A stretch of DNA of 61,490 nt, filler included. It is 3 parts of 3 records of this genome, joined end to end, with 100 filler letters (N's around TTAATTAATTAA, not from the genome) between each part and the next. Parts side by side here need not be neighbours in the genome. Positions count along the whole stretch, not along the records: positions 31,369 to 54,287 come from SRR22947725_569; positions 54,388 to 61,490 come from SRR22947725_575; 1 more part is not named here. One strand, 5' to 3'. Below the pieces are notes generated by a model. The model saw only the letters and a list, made by a program, of their open reading frames with translations. It was not told the origin of the DNA and searched no databases. Numbering within the stretch: the stretch's first letter is position 1; the number at the start of each line of letters is the position of its first letter. Position numbers and translations under genes: made by a program. Positions 49,294 through 58,407 of the stretch are shown piece after piece.

Positions 49294-50190
49294 TTATTTA
49301 TTTACTTGTTTTTCATAGGTGCTTTCAAATATTTTATCAGCATTAGATGTTTCAAAACCATCTCTTCTGTGTATACTTTTTATTTTATCTATATTTTTAA
49401 ATTTTGGAAGAACTTTTCTCTCTGCAAATTCAACATAACTACCAGAAATTAATGACTTACCTTCTTTAAAATTAGCATTAACTTTATTTGCTACAGAACT
49501 ACTTTGAAGGAGTAATCCATCATTACTTTTTTTAATTATACCGCCCGAATCATTAAGTTTAATTCCAATACTAATTAAAAAATTATTAAAATTTTCTAAT
49601 GAATTATATTCTTTTTCAAGTTCATGAACACTAATAGTATAATGATTCAAATAGTATCTATTGTATATCACCCAAGACCCATATTCAGTTTCTTTTAATA
49701 ACTGATTATAATGATCTAAAGTGGGTAAGCTCCATAAAGGATTACTTAAGAAATTTATAATTTCATCTGGATTGTTTAAATCAATATCGTCAACTGGATC
49801 ATTTTTAACTTGATTAGTATAGTGCTTTATTATTTTTTGTGTTGCTATTGATAATTCATCAACTTTTAATTCACTAATAAATATTCTTGGCATATTTTTT
49901 TCTGGGTGTGAATACCAGAATGCATTTAATTTTTTTTCTTTAAATGAATAGAAATCTCTTTTTATATAACCATGTTTTATAAAAATTTTTTCAAACGAAT
50001 TAATTCCTAGGTGCTTAACTCCCATTGTTCTAAAAGCTATATGATCATTTATGATTTCAGATTGATTTGAAACAATGTTGTTTGAAATCATTGCATTGGT
50101 AATTTTGGTAACATCTGGAACTCTTTTCGAGTATGTTTCAAATAATGATTCTAAAACTAGGTTTATTGTTTTTTTGTCTTGAAACTTCAT
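49294..50190 (-). CDS. DUF1338 protein, 2-oxoadipate dioxygenase/decarboxylase (HglS-like)
   Basis: NDHIAFRT, PRIFISEL, LNHYTISVH, LLQSS, SYVEFAER, RRDGFE..NADKIFEST. Confidence 0.88.
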   Translation of the reverse strand: MKFQDKKTINLVLESLFETYSKRVPDVTKITNAMISNNIVSNQSEIINDHIAFRTMGVKHLGINSFEKIFIKHGYIKRDFYSFKEKKLNAFWYSHPEKNMPRIFISELKVDELSIATQKIIKHYTNQVKNDPVDDIDLNNPDEIINFLSNPLWSLPTLDHYNQLLKETEYGSWVIYNRYYLNHYTISVHELEKEYNSLENFNNFLISIGIKLNDSGGIIKKSNDGLLLQSSSVANKVNANFKEGKSLISGSYVEFAERKVLPKFKNIDKIKSIHRRDGFETSNADKIFESTYEKQVNK

Positions 50191-50199
50191 GATTTAAAG

Positions 50200-51261
50200 T
50201 TAGTTTAAAAATAATTTTCCAGAATCTGTTTTTAAAAACTTTTCAAAAGGTATTTCTTCTTGCTTGATAAAACCTTTTTGTTTTAATGATCCGTTATTAA
50301 CCATTTCAATAACTGAAACTAATGAAGCAGCTGTAGTCCAAGAAATAGCTCTCCATTTATGACCTTCAATTTCAATAGGATAAAATGCTTTAAAATATTC
50401 ACTTCTTGATATTTTTTCTTTTTTCCAGCCTTCAACAACAGCATAAACATAGACTACATCTTCTTCAACTGGAGGTTTAGCATTACTTAGTATCTTTTCT
50501 AATTGAGGTTTGTCATTTTTTAAAATTAGTTCATACATCAAAAATCTCATTAATTTTCCATGACCTGGATATCTAATTGTTTTATAGTTCAATGTATCGA
50601 CTTTTCCTTCATAAGTATCACACATTGTTCCAAGTCCTCCAGATGTAGCAAATGCTTCAAATTCTTGTCCTTCAATATTTATATATTCAAATCCATCAAG
50701 AGATGGCACCATTTTTTTAACTCCATTTTGAATAACTTGAGCGTCATTAATATACTCGTTAATAACACCCTCTGGCGACCAAGTAAAAGAATAAGCTAAT
50801 TGTCCATTTGGATATCTAGGTAAAGCACCAACTCTAAGTTCAATATCCCTTAATGTATCAAATTCACTAGCTAGGTCATTCCCTATTATACCAATTAAGC
50901 CAGGAGCTAATCCGCATTGTGGTGCCATAATTTTTTTTGAATCTTCACTAAGATTTTTTATATAGTCAGTTGTCTCAATATCCTCTGTCAGATCGAAATA
51001 GTTCATTTCTAGATCATAAGCTATTTTTGCAATATTTTTATTTAAAAAAAAAGGTAAAGCAGAAACTACAGTGTCAAAATCTTTAAAAATATTTATTAAG
51101 TTTTCTTTGTTTTTAACATCTGTTTCGATAACGTTAAATGGTAGTTTGAAATCATAATGTGGTTTATTCTGGTCTAATCCAGAAACATTAAAATTTTTAC
51201 TTAAAAGTACCCCTACTAAGGTTCCAACTTTTCCAAGACCAAGAACTAATATGTTTTTCAT
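50200..51261 (-). CDS. Saccharopine dehydrogenase-family protein, L-lysine 6-dehydrogenase-like
   Basis: GLGKVG, YFDLTED, QCGLAPG, RVGALP, TWSPEGVINEY, TSGGLGT, YKTIRYPGH; start at ATG 51261. Confidence 0.85.
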   Translation of the reverse strand: MKNILVLGLGKVGTLVGVLLSKNFNVSGLDQNKPHYDFKLPFNVIETDVKNKENLINIFKDFDTVVSALPFFLNKNIAKIAYDLEMNYFDLTEDIETTDYIKNLSEDSKKIMAPQCGLAPGLIGIIGNDLASEFDTLRDIELRVGALPRYPNGQLAYSFTWSPEGVINEYINDAQVIQNGVKKMVPSLDGFEYINIEGQEFEAFATSGGLGTMCDTYEGKVDTLNYKTIRYPGHGKLMRFLMYELILKNDKPQLEKILSNAKPPVEEDVVYVYAVVEGWKKEKISRSEYFKAFYPIEIEGHKWRAISWTTAASLVSVIEMVNNGSLKQKGFIKQEEIPFEKFLKTDSGKLFLN

Positions 51262-51332
51262 ATTATAACAATTATTAAGTATTTTGTTATAAATATAACA
51301 ATTTAAAGTCATAAATTTCAACTTTTATTTTC

Positions 51333-51566
51333 ATGAATTTAATTAAGTTAATTTGGGATTTTAGAGGTCCTGTTTCGAAAAAAACTGCTCATCATTTTCA
51401 TTCTCATCTCAAAGAATTTCTTGCTTTAGAAAAAATGTATGAATATAAAACCGGTTTAGAGGAAAATAGTGATCATCACTCGATAGTATTTGTTATAACT
51501 AATACTGAAGATTTAGATTTTTTTAAAAAAAAACTTAAGCCAAATAGAGGACAAAAAGTATCTTAA
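51333..51566 (+). CDS. Small conserved hypothetical protein (Flavobacteriaceae-like)
   Basis: KLIWDFRGP...AHH..HLKEF...LKPNRGQ pattern recalled from flavobacterial hypotheticals. Confidence 0.7.
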   Translation: MNLIKLIWDFRGPVSKKTAHHFHSHLKEFLALEKMYEYKTGLEENSDHHSIVFVITNTEDLDFFKKKLKPNRGQKVS

Positions 51567-51621
51567 TTTACTTCACTCTATTATTTTATATTTACTAACT
51601 TGTTTAAATAAATTTAAAAGT

Positions 51622-52833
51622 ATGAACAATGAAAGAGAATTTGATGTTATTATATGGGGAGGTACAGGGTTTACAGGATCATTAGTTGTAGAGTATATTT
51701 ATAATAACTATAAAAATCTTAAATGGGCAATTGCTGGTAGAAGTATTGAAAAATTATATAACATACGATTAAAGTTTGCTGATGATTCAGTTCCTATTAT
51801 TTCTGCCAATAGCGATGATTTAGCTAGTCTTCAATCAATGGTTAAAAGAACTAAGGTTGTTTGCACTACAGTCGGACCATATGCTCTGTATGGATCAAAT
51901 TTGGTTAAAGCATGTGTAGAAAGTAAAACACATTATTGTGATTTGGCTGGTGAGGTTCAGTGGATTAGAAAAATGATCGACCAGTATCATCAAAAAGCTA
52001 AATCTAATAATGTCAAAATTGTTAACTGTTGTGGATTTGATTCAATTCCTTCTGACATGGGTGTCTATTTTATTTATAAAGATTCTCTAAAATTAAACAA
52101 AACCATAAGTAAAATTGAGATGAGGGTTGCTGGTGCAAAAGGTGGTATTAGTGGTGGTACTTATGAAAGTTTGAGTAACGTGAATAAAGAAGCTCTTAAA
52201 GACAATGAAATTTTTAAAACAGTGATCAGCCCATATGGACTAAACCCAATAGGAGAACAAAGCGGACCTGATAAATATGACCTTAGAAAGGTAAAATTTG
52301 ATAAGACATCAAAAAATTGGATTGGTCCATTTATAATGGCTGCTATAAATACTAAGATAGTTAGAAGAAGTAATGCTTTAAGTGGATATTTGTATGGAAA
52401 AGATTTTGAATATGATGAGGCAACTTTGGGTGGCAAAGGATTTAATGGAAGAGTAAAAAGTGTTTTAATGTCAATACCATTAGCAATTGTTATGCTTGCA
52501 AAACCTGGATCAATTATAAAGAAGATTGTTGATAAAATATTACCAAGAGCTGGAGAAGGACCCTCAAAAAAAGATCGTGAAAATGGATATTTTAATTTGA
52601 GATTCTACGTTACTTATAAAGATGGATCTAAGTCCATAGCTAAAGTTACTGGAGACAGGGACCCAGGATACGGTTCAACATCAAAAATGCTAAGTGAATC
52701 TGCCATATGTTTAGCTATGGATAAATTGGATAGTCTAGATGGTGTTATTACACCCTCTACAGCAATGGGAGATAATTTACTGGAGAGGTTAGAAAATAAA
52801 TCAGGATTAACTTTTAATATTAAACATTTATGA
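51622..52833 (+). CDS. Saccharopine-dehydrogenase-like oxidoreductase / trans-acting enoyl reductase family
   Basis: GGTGFTG, AIAGRS, TTVGPYALYG, YCDLAGE, CGFDSIPSD, SGGT, DPGYGSTSKM. Confidence 0.87.
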   Translation: MNNEREFDVIIWGGTGFTGSLVVEYIYNNYKNLKWAIAGRSIEKLYNIRLKFADDSVPIISANSDDLASLQSMVKRTKVVCTTVGPYALYGSNLVKACVESKTHYCDLAGEVQWIRKMIDQYHQKAKSNNVKIVNCCGFDSIPSDMGVYFIYKDSLKLNKTISKIEMRVAGAKGGISGGTYESLSNVNKEALKDNEIFKTVISPYGLNPIGEQSGPDKYDLRKVKFDKTSKNWIGPFIMAAINTKIVRRSNALSGYLYGKDFEYDEATLGGKGFNGRVKSVLMSIPLAIVMLAKPGSIIKKIVDKILPRAGEGPSKKDRENGYFNLRFYVTYKDGSKSIAKVTGDRDPGYGSTSKMLSESAICLAMDKLDSLDGVITPSTAMGDNLLERLENKSGLTFNIKHL

Positions 52834-53639
52834 AAGATGTTAAATCAACCTTTACTAGTTTAGTTGGTTTCTTAATAATATTTTGTTTAATAATTATTTA
52901 TAATAATCCACAACAAGTTGATGATATTAAAGAAATAAATGATTGGGAAACTATTTTTAATGGTGAAGACTTTGATGGATGGGAAATTAAAATTAGAGGT
53001 GAAGAATTAGGTAATAATTTTAAAAACACCTTTAAGGTCAATGATGGTTCATTGAAAGTTTCATACGAAAATTATGAAAATTTTGATGATAGATTTGGTC
53101 ATATATTTTATACGAAATCTAAGTTCAAAAATTACCAACTTAGTTTAGAATATAAATTTAGTGGAGAACATTTGAAAGGTGCTCCAGGATGGTCAATTAA
53201 AAACAGTGGTATAATGCTACATTCTCAGCATCCATCTACTATGCTTTTAGATCAAGATTTTCCTGTTAGTTCAGAAGTCCAGCTTTTAGGAGGATTGGGA
53301 ACCGGAGAAAGATCAACAGCAAATATGTGTTCACCTGGAATCGATGTTGATATTAACTCTGAAAAAGTAAAATACCATTGTGTAAATTCTAATTCTAAAA
53401 CGTATCATAATGACGATTGGGTTAAAGTTGAAGTAATTGTTAAATCAAATAATATAGTTCATCATATTGTTGAAAATGATACGGTGATTTCTTATTCTAA
53501 TTTAAGAGTAGGAGGTGATAAAATTCCAGCCAACTATCTTGACAGAGTAGGGGAGTCTCTTTTTGAAGGATATATATCACTTCAATCAGAGGGACATCCT
53601 GTTGAATTTAAAAATATAAAAATCAAAAACTTGGATTAG
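52830..53639 (+). CDS. DUF1080 (3-keto-disaccharide hydrolase-like) membrane-anchored protein
   Basis: IFNGEDFDGW, FGHIFY, NSGIMLH, EVQLLGG, GYISLQSEGHPVEFKNI. Confidence 0.88.
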   Translation: MKDVKSTFTSLVGFLIIFCLIIIYNNPQQVDDIKEINDWETIFNGEDFDGWEIKIRGEELGNNFKNTFKVNDGSLKVSYENYENFDDRFGHIFYTKSKFKNYQLSLEYKFSGEHLKGAPGWSIKNSGIMLHSQHPSTMLLDQDFPVSSEVQLLGGLGTGERSTANMCSPGIDVDINSEKVKYHCVNSNSKTYHNDDWVKVEVIVKSNNIVHHIVENDTVISYSNLRVGGDKIPANYLDRVGESLFEGYISLQSEGHPVEFKNIKIKNLD

Positions 53640-53697
53640 AACTACATTCTTTTTTGAATGTTTTCATATATTTGAAGACACTATAAACTAATTTATT

Positions 53698-54198
53698 ATG
53701 AAAAATTTATTATTACTATCATTTGTCTCTTTATTAATGTTCTCTTGTGAAACAACAAATAAAGAGGTTAAAAAGGGTCCAGCTCCTGGTTATTTATTAA
53801 CAGCTGATGGAACTAAAATTGATGCGAGGGATGCTGATCCCGCAAATTTAGCAATATGGGAAAAATATATGGACGCCCATAATAACAAAGATTTTGAAAC
53901 AATAGCTAGTATGAATCATGATTCAATTGTATTAAACCTTTGGGATGGAAGAAATTTAATGGGTAATGATACTCATATAGAAATTTTAAAAGGATACATT
54001 GAAGAATTTAATCCTACTTGGAACACTTTCTTCTCATATACAATGCATGTGGATGGTCAAGTTGGTGACTGGGTAATTACAGGACATGAAATCAAACAAA
54101 CTGAAAATGGTGAAGAGAAATCTCTTTCCGATGTTTTAGATGTTTTTATAGTAGATCAAAAAATAAGAAGGATTATTGTTTATCGTAAGGATAACTAA
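53698..54198 (+). CDS. Lipoprotein, probable NTF2/SnoaL-like fold
   Basis: Signal peptide II LLMFSC; WEKYMDAHNNKD...DQKIRRIIVY pattern. Confidence 0.7.
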   Translation: MKNLLLLSFVSLLMFSCETTNKEVKKGPAPGYLLTADGTKIDARDADPANLAIWEKYMDAHNNKDFETIASMNHDSIVLNLWDGRNLMGNDTHIEILKGYIEEFNPTWNTFFSYTMHVDGQVGDWVITGHEIKQTENGEEKSLSDVLDVFIVDQKIRRIIVYRKDN

Positions 54199-54213
54199 TA
54201 AAACTTTTATATT

Positions 54214-54246
54214 AAAAAAAAGGGGATTAAATAATCCCCTTTTTTT
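54214..54246. terminator. Bidirectional intrinsic terminator
   Basis: A8-GGGGATT-AAAT-AATCCCC-T7 between convergent lipoprotein gene and tRNA. Confidence 0.85.
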
Positions 54247-54247
54247 G

Positions 54248-54287
54248 TGACCTCGGCAGGATTCAAACCTACAACCTCTTGAGCCGT
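54248..54287 (-). tRNA. tRNA-Arg(ACG), 3' half only (cut by contig end)
   Basis: Minus strand ACGGCTCAAGAGGTT-GTAGG-TTTGAAT-CCTGC-CGAGGTC-A: putative ACG anticodon, T-arm, acceptor strand; CCA not encoded. Confidence 0.8.
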
Positions 54288-54387
54288 NNNNNNNNNNNNN
54301 NNNNNNNNNNNNNNNNNNNNNNNNNNNNNNNTTAATTAATTAANNNNNNNNNNNNNNNNNNNNNNNNNNNNNNNNNNNNNNNNNNNN
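54288..54387. other. Artificial contig-joining spacer
   Basis: 44 N + TTAATTAATTAA + 44 N, identical design to the first spacer. Confidence 0.98.
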
Positions 54388-54467
54388 ATATTAATAGAAT
54401 AGTTATTAAATTCTTGTCACAAATCAGTCATATCGAGAAGCAAAATGTAGTTTCAGGTTAAAAAAAA

Positions 54468-55592
54468 CTATAGAGTAGCTAGAATTCTTTTTATATTTGT
54501 ACAAATCTTGTTAAATTCTTGATTATTTAGATCCGGATACAATGGCAAACAAAATATACCTTTAGCTTTTTTTTCTGAATTCTTTAACCTTTTCTTATTT
54601 TTGATCAATCCTTTATAAGCTTTCATTTGATGAATCGGATAAGGGTAAATTGATCTTGTTTGGATCTTTAAATTTTGAAGTTTTTTTTGAATTTTTTTAG
54701 CTTTAGAATGATAAACAGTAAATAAATGGTAAACATGATTACAATTTAAGTTTTCTTTTGGCAGTCTTAAATTGGTAGAAGATAGTTTATTTATATACCT
54801 CTTAGCAATTAATTTTCTTTTATTTATAAAAGTGTCAACTTTATTTAGTTTAAAGTTTAAAATGCTTGCTTGGATTTCATCTAGTCTTGAATTTACGCCA
54901 TTTTCATTTGCATAATATTTGTTTTTATATTTTGTGCTTTGAATAGTTTCAATTCCATAAAATCTAATCCTTTTAATTTTTTTGTATAAATTAAAATCAT
55001 TAGTTAGTATAAAACCCCCATCACCATAAGCGCCAAGAATTTTAGTAGGATAAAAGGAAAAACATCCAAATTTACCTATAGTTCCTGAATATTTATTTTT
55101 ATATTTTGATCCTTGAGATTGAGCACAATCTTCAATTACAATTATTTTTTTTGATTTAGTTATTTTATTAATTGAGTCCATATCACACATTTGGCCGTAA
55201 AGATGAACAGGTATTATTGCTCTAGTTTTTGAGGAAATTTCTTTTTTTATTTTATTTACATCAATGAGATAATCTTCACCCACATCCACTAGTCTCGGTG
55301 TCCCCCCTGCATTAATTATTGCAGATATAGTGGGAATGGCTGTATTAGCAGCAGTTATTACCTCATCACCTTGTTTTAAATTTAACGTCTTTAATGAAAT
55401 AAGCAAAGCATCTGTACCGCTTCCTACTGCAATTCCATATTTTCCTTTATATTTTTTAATAAATCTTTTTTCAAAATTCTCTAATTGAGAACCAAAAAAA
55501 ATATTACCTTTCAAAATTGTTCGATTAATATTGGATAATATTTGTTTTTTATATTTTTTATATTCTTTATCGTATGACCAAAATTTAATCAT
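54468..55592 (-). CDS. DegT/DnrJ/EryC1/StrS sugar aminotransferase
   Basis: GSGTDAL, PVHLYGQ, EDCAQS, SFYPTKILGAYGDGG (PLP Lys), NSRLDEIQA. Confidence 0.94.
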   Translation of the reverse strand: MIKFWSYDKEYKKYKKQILSNINRTILKGNIFFGSQLENFEKRFIKKYKGKYGIAVGSGTDALLISLKTLNLKQGDEVITAANTAIPTISAIINAGGTPRLVDVGEDYLIDVNKIKKEISSKTRAIIPVHLYGQMCDMDSINKITKSKKIIVIEDCAQSQGSKYKNKYSGTIGKFGCFSFYPTKILGAYGDGGFILTNDFNLYKKIKRIRFYGIETIQSTKYKNKYYANENGVNSRLDEIQASILNFKLNKVDTFINKRKLIAKRYINKLSSTNLRLPKENLNCNHVYHLFTVYHSKAKKIQKKLQNLKIQTRSIYPYPIHQMKAYKGLIKNKKRLKNSEKKAKGIFCLPLYPDLNNQEFNKICTNIKRILATL

Positions 55593-56313
55593 TTAAAAGC
55601 TTTTTAAATTTTTTTATATTCATAGAGACATTCAAGGCAACATTTTTCCCTAAAATTTTTTTTGCCGATATTTTTTTAATTCTAGGATTATATTTTTTTA
55701 CAAAATTAAATACAGACTGCGATTTTCCACCAATATTGATAATTCCTCTTTTATCAATAATTTTTATAATATTTAAAACTAAATCTTCATGAAATATGAA
55801 GTTAGTTTTAAAATCAGCAAATGCAACTTTGTGAACAAAAGGTTTTTCGGTTACTGATGTTCTCAATATAAGTGAATTTTTATACAACATTACAGAACAC
55901 TCTCCGCCAAGTTTTGACCAAGCATAATTATTAATAGGTTTTACTGGAGAACTTTCAGTATAATTGCCTTTAATACCGGGGTATACATAACAAGTTGAAA
56001 TGTAAATTAATTTAATTTTTAAAATAGAGCATATTTTTGTTATATTTGCAGTGCCGATAATATTTTTATCAATACTTTGAGATATGTCCTGTTCATGTAA
56101 AATCATTGGTCTAGATAAACCAGCCATATGTATTAAATATTTTGGTTTTTTTCTTTTTAAATAAGATTTTATAGAATTTGTATTAAGAATATTTAATTCT
56201 TTTTTTGTGGGAAAAAAAAATTCAAATTTAGTTTTTTTTTCTTCAGCCTTAAATGATTTGGCAAATCTTCCAGTCCCTCCTGTAAAAACTATTCTATTTT
56301 TATAAGTCAACAT
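55585..56313 (-). CDS. RmlD-like NDP-4-keto-sugar reductase
   Basis: TGGTGRF, YISTCYVY, PINNYAWSKLGGE; start at ATG 56313. Confidence 0.8.
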   Translation of the reverse strand: MLTYKNRIVFTGGTGRFAKSFKAEEKKTKFEFFFPTKKELNILNTNSIKSYLKRKKPKYLIHMAGLSRPMILHEQDISQSIDKNIIGTANITKICSILKIKLIYISTCYVYPGIKGNYTESSPVKPINNYAWSKLGGECSVMLYKNSLILRTSVTEKPFVHKVAFADFKTNFIFHEDLVLNIIKIIDKRGIINIGGKSQSVFNFVKKYNPRIKKISAKKILGKNVALNVSMNIKKFKKLLND

Positions 56314-57484
56314 GTGAAAACCATTTACCTTTAAAATTTTTTTCTTTATTGAAAATTTCCTCTTTATGATTCCAAGCAAATAAATATACACAATCGCTCA
56401 TATTGTTTTTAAAATAATTTATATCTTTAATAGGAATATGTTTACCAGGACTAAACTTGCCTATTTTTTCCTCAGTGGTGTCACAAATATAATCAATATA
56501 TTGTGTGCCAATATTACAATAATTTAAAATTGTAGTACTTTTAGAGGTTGCAGCGTAGCCACATATTGATTTTCCTTCATTTTTAAATGAATTAACTTTA
56601 TTTATTATTTTTTCTTTTGATAACTCACAATTTTTTTTAAATTCTAAGCAAGAGTCTATTTGATCTAATTTTTTACTTTTTTCATAATCAAAAATTTTTT
56701 TTAAATTCTTTGAATTATCATAATTATTTCTTTTTAAAATATATCTCATAGAACCACCATGGGTTGTTTGAGGAATTACATCTATTAAAAAAAAGTTAAA
56801 TTTTTTAAATATTTTAGTAATTGATGTCGCCGAGAACATAAAAATATGTTCATCGTAAATTTGGTCGTAAGAAACTTTCTCAAACATTGATCCTAAATAT
56901 GGTTCTTCAAATACAAAAACTCCATCTTTGCTCAAAAGTAAATCAACTGCCTCAATTAGATTATTTAAATCTGGAATATGACAAATCACGTTTGAGGCAC
57001 ATATTAAGTCTGTGGTTCCAAGAAATTTAGTTAATTTTTTTGCAGTTTTGGTATTAAAAAATTCGTTTATTGTTGGCACATTATTTTTTAAGGCTAATTC
57101 TGCAACATTTTTAGAAGGCTCTATCCCAACTATTTGACCATTAGAAAGATTGAAATTTTTTAAAAAAGTACCATCATTGGATCCAATTTCAATGATCTTA
57201 GAATTATTCTTAAGATATTTTTTTACAAATTGAGCATAATTTTTGAAATGTGTTTTCATATATTCTGAACTGCCTGTAAAAAAAGGATAATTTTTGTTAA
57301 ACATGGACTCTGGTTTTGGGTGATCATTAAGTTGAAATAAAGAAAGCTCTTCGTTAAAACCTACCTCCATATTAAAAAAAAATTCTTTTGAAAAATCTTT
57401 TTTATCTAAAAAACCGTTCGCAATCGGCATTTTTCCAAAACTCATAAATGGTTTTATAGATTTATTTGAGATTTTACACTTCAT
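56300..57484 (-). CDS. NDP-hexose C3-methyltransferase (SAM-dependent)
   Basis: GKMPIANGF, EIGSNDG, NVICHIPD, DQIYDEH, THGGSMR, GYAATSK, AWNH. Confidence 0.92.
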   Translation of the reverse strand: MKCKISNKSIKPFMSFGKMPIANGFLDKKDFSKEFFFNMEVGFNEELSLFQLNDHPKPESMFNKNYPFFTGSSEYMKTHFKNYAQFVKKYLKNNSKIIEIGSNDGTFLKNFNLSNGQIVGIEPSKNVAELALKNNVPTINEFFNTKTAKKLTKFLGTTDLICASNVICHIPDLNNLIEAVDLLLSKDGVFVFEEPYLGSMFEKVSYDQIYDEHIFMFSATSITKIFKKFNFFLIDVIPQTTHGGSMRYILKRNNYDNSKNLKKIFDYEKSKKLDQIDSCLEFKKNCELSKEKIINKVNSFKNEGKSICGYAATSKSTTILNYCNIGTQYIDYICDTTEEKIGKFSPGKHIPIKDINYFKNNMSDCVYLFAWNHKEEIFNKEKNFKGKWFSHVDL

Positions 57485-57486
57485 TG

Positions 57487-58407
57487 TTAATTTAAATTTT
57501 TAAATAAACTTAATGTTTCCTTAATATCCTTTTCAATAGAATTATTCAAAACTAGACCAAGTTGTTTGATTTTTGTACTGTCAACATGATAACTTAATTG
57601 ATTCATAATCTCTGATTTAACAAATTTTAATTTTATGTTTTTTTTGTATTTTTTAATCATATTTATTATTTGGCTTACAGTATAATTTCCGCTTAGTGCA
57701 TTATAGGTATTATTATCAAAAAAATTATTTTCAATACAAAATTTAAAAATTTTAAATGAGTCCTTTAAAGAAAGATATGGTCTATATTGATTATATGCAG
57801 TTTTGTAAATTTGAATTTTTTTATTTAGTGAGGCATTTAAACAAAATTTATTAATTGCGGTATGGAACCTCATGCCCTTAGAAACTCCCGCTATAGTACC
57901 GAATCTAAATGTGATATATCTCATTTTAGATTTATTTTTTTTTAGCATTTTTTCTTCTATTAATTTAATTTCAGCATATGGTGACTGAGGTTTAAGTAAA
58001 CTCTCATCGTCCTCGCTAACAATTTTAACTTGTTTGCCATAAACACTTGTAGAAGAAATGTGAATTAATTTTGCTTTTTTTTGTAAAGTATATTGAATAA
58101 TATTTTTCATACATTCAATATTATTTCTATACATTTCTTTTTTAATAGAAAAACTACCTTGAGCATTTGTATGAGAAGCACAGTGAATGATATAATCAAC
58201 TTTTTTAAAATTATTTATTTTAGTTTTACTTAAATCAATATTATAAAATCTGAATTTTTTTTCTTTATTAAGATTAAAAATGGTGTGATATCGATGTGCA
58301 TTAAAATTATCGATTAAAATTACTTCTTTGATATTTTTAATTTTTTTTACATGTTCTATTAAATAAGAGCCTATGTGCCCACATGCACCGGTTATAAGTA
58401 ATTTCAT
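57487..58407 (-). CDS. NAD-dependent epimerase/dehydratase (extended SDR)
   Basis: TGACGHIG, SSTSVYG, PQSPYAEIK, RFGT. Confidence 0.88.
   Translation of the reverse strand: MKLLITGACGHIGSYLIEHVKKIKNIKEVILIDNFNAHRYHTIFNLNKEKKFRFYNIDLSKTKINNFKKVDYIIHCASHTNAQGSFSIKKEMYRNNIECMKNIIQYTLQKKAKLIHISSTSVYGKQVKIVSEDDESLLKPQSPYAEIKLIEEKMLKKNKSKMRYITFRFGTIAGVSKGMRFHTAINKFCLNASLNKKIQIYKTAYNQYRPYLSLKDSFKIFKFCIENNFFDNNTYNALSGNYTVSQIINMIKKYKKNIKLKFVKSEIMNQLSYHVDSTKIKQLGLVLNNSIEKDIKETLSLFKNLN

Noticed and set aside
1488-52436. Many short shadow ORFs (e.g. 4616..4924 -, 18094..18387 -, 19065..19412 -, 28237..28572 +, 43671..44009 -, 46433..46819 -)
   Set aside because: They lie antisense or out of frame within well-supported genes and show no recognisable motifs.
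50200-52833. Two 'saccharopine dehydrogenases' as a recent duplication
   Set aside because: Their motifs place them in different subfamilies (LysDH-like versus enoyl-reductase-like), with no obvious nucleotide similarity.
54390-54461. Open frame at the start of contig 3 (INRIVIKFLSQISHIEKQNVVSG*)
   Set aside because: May be the 3' end of a truncated gene, but too short to identify.
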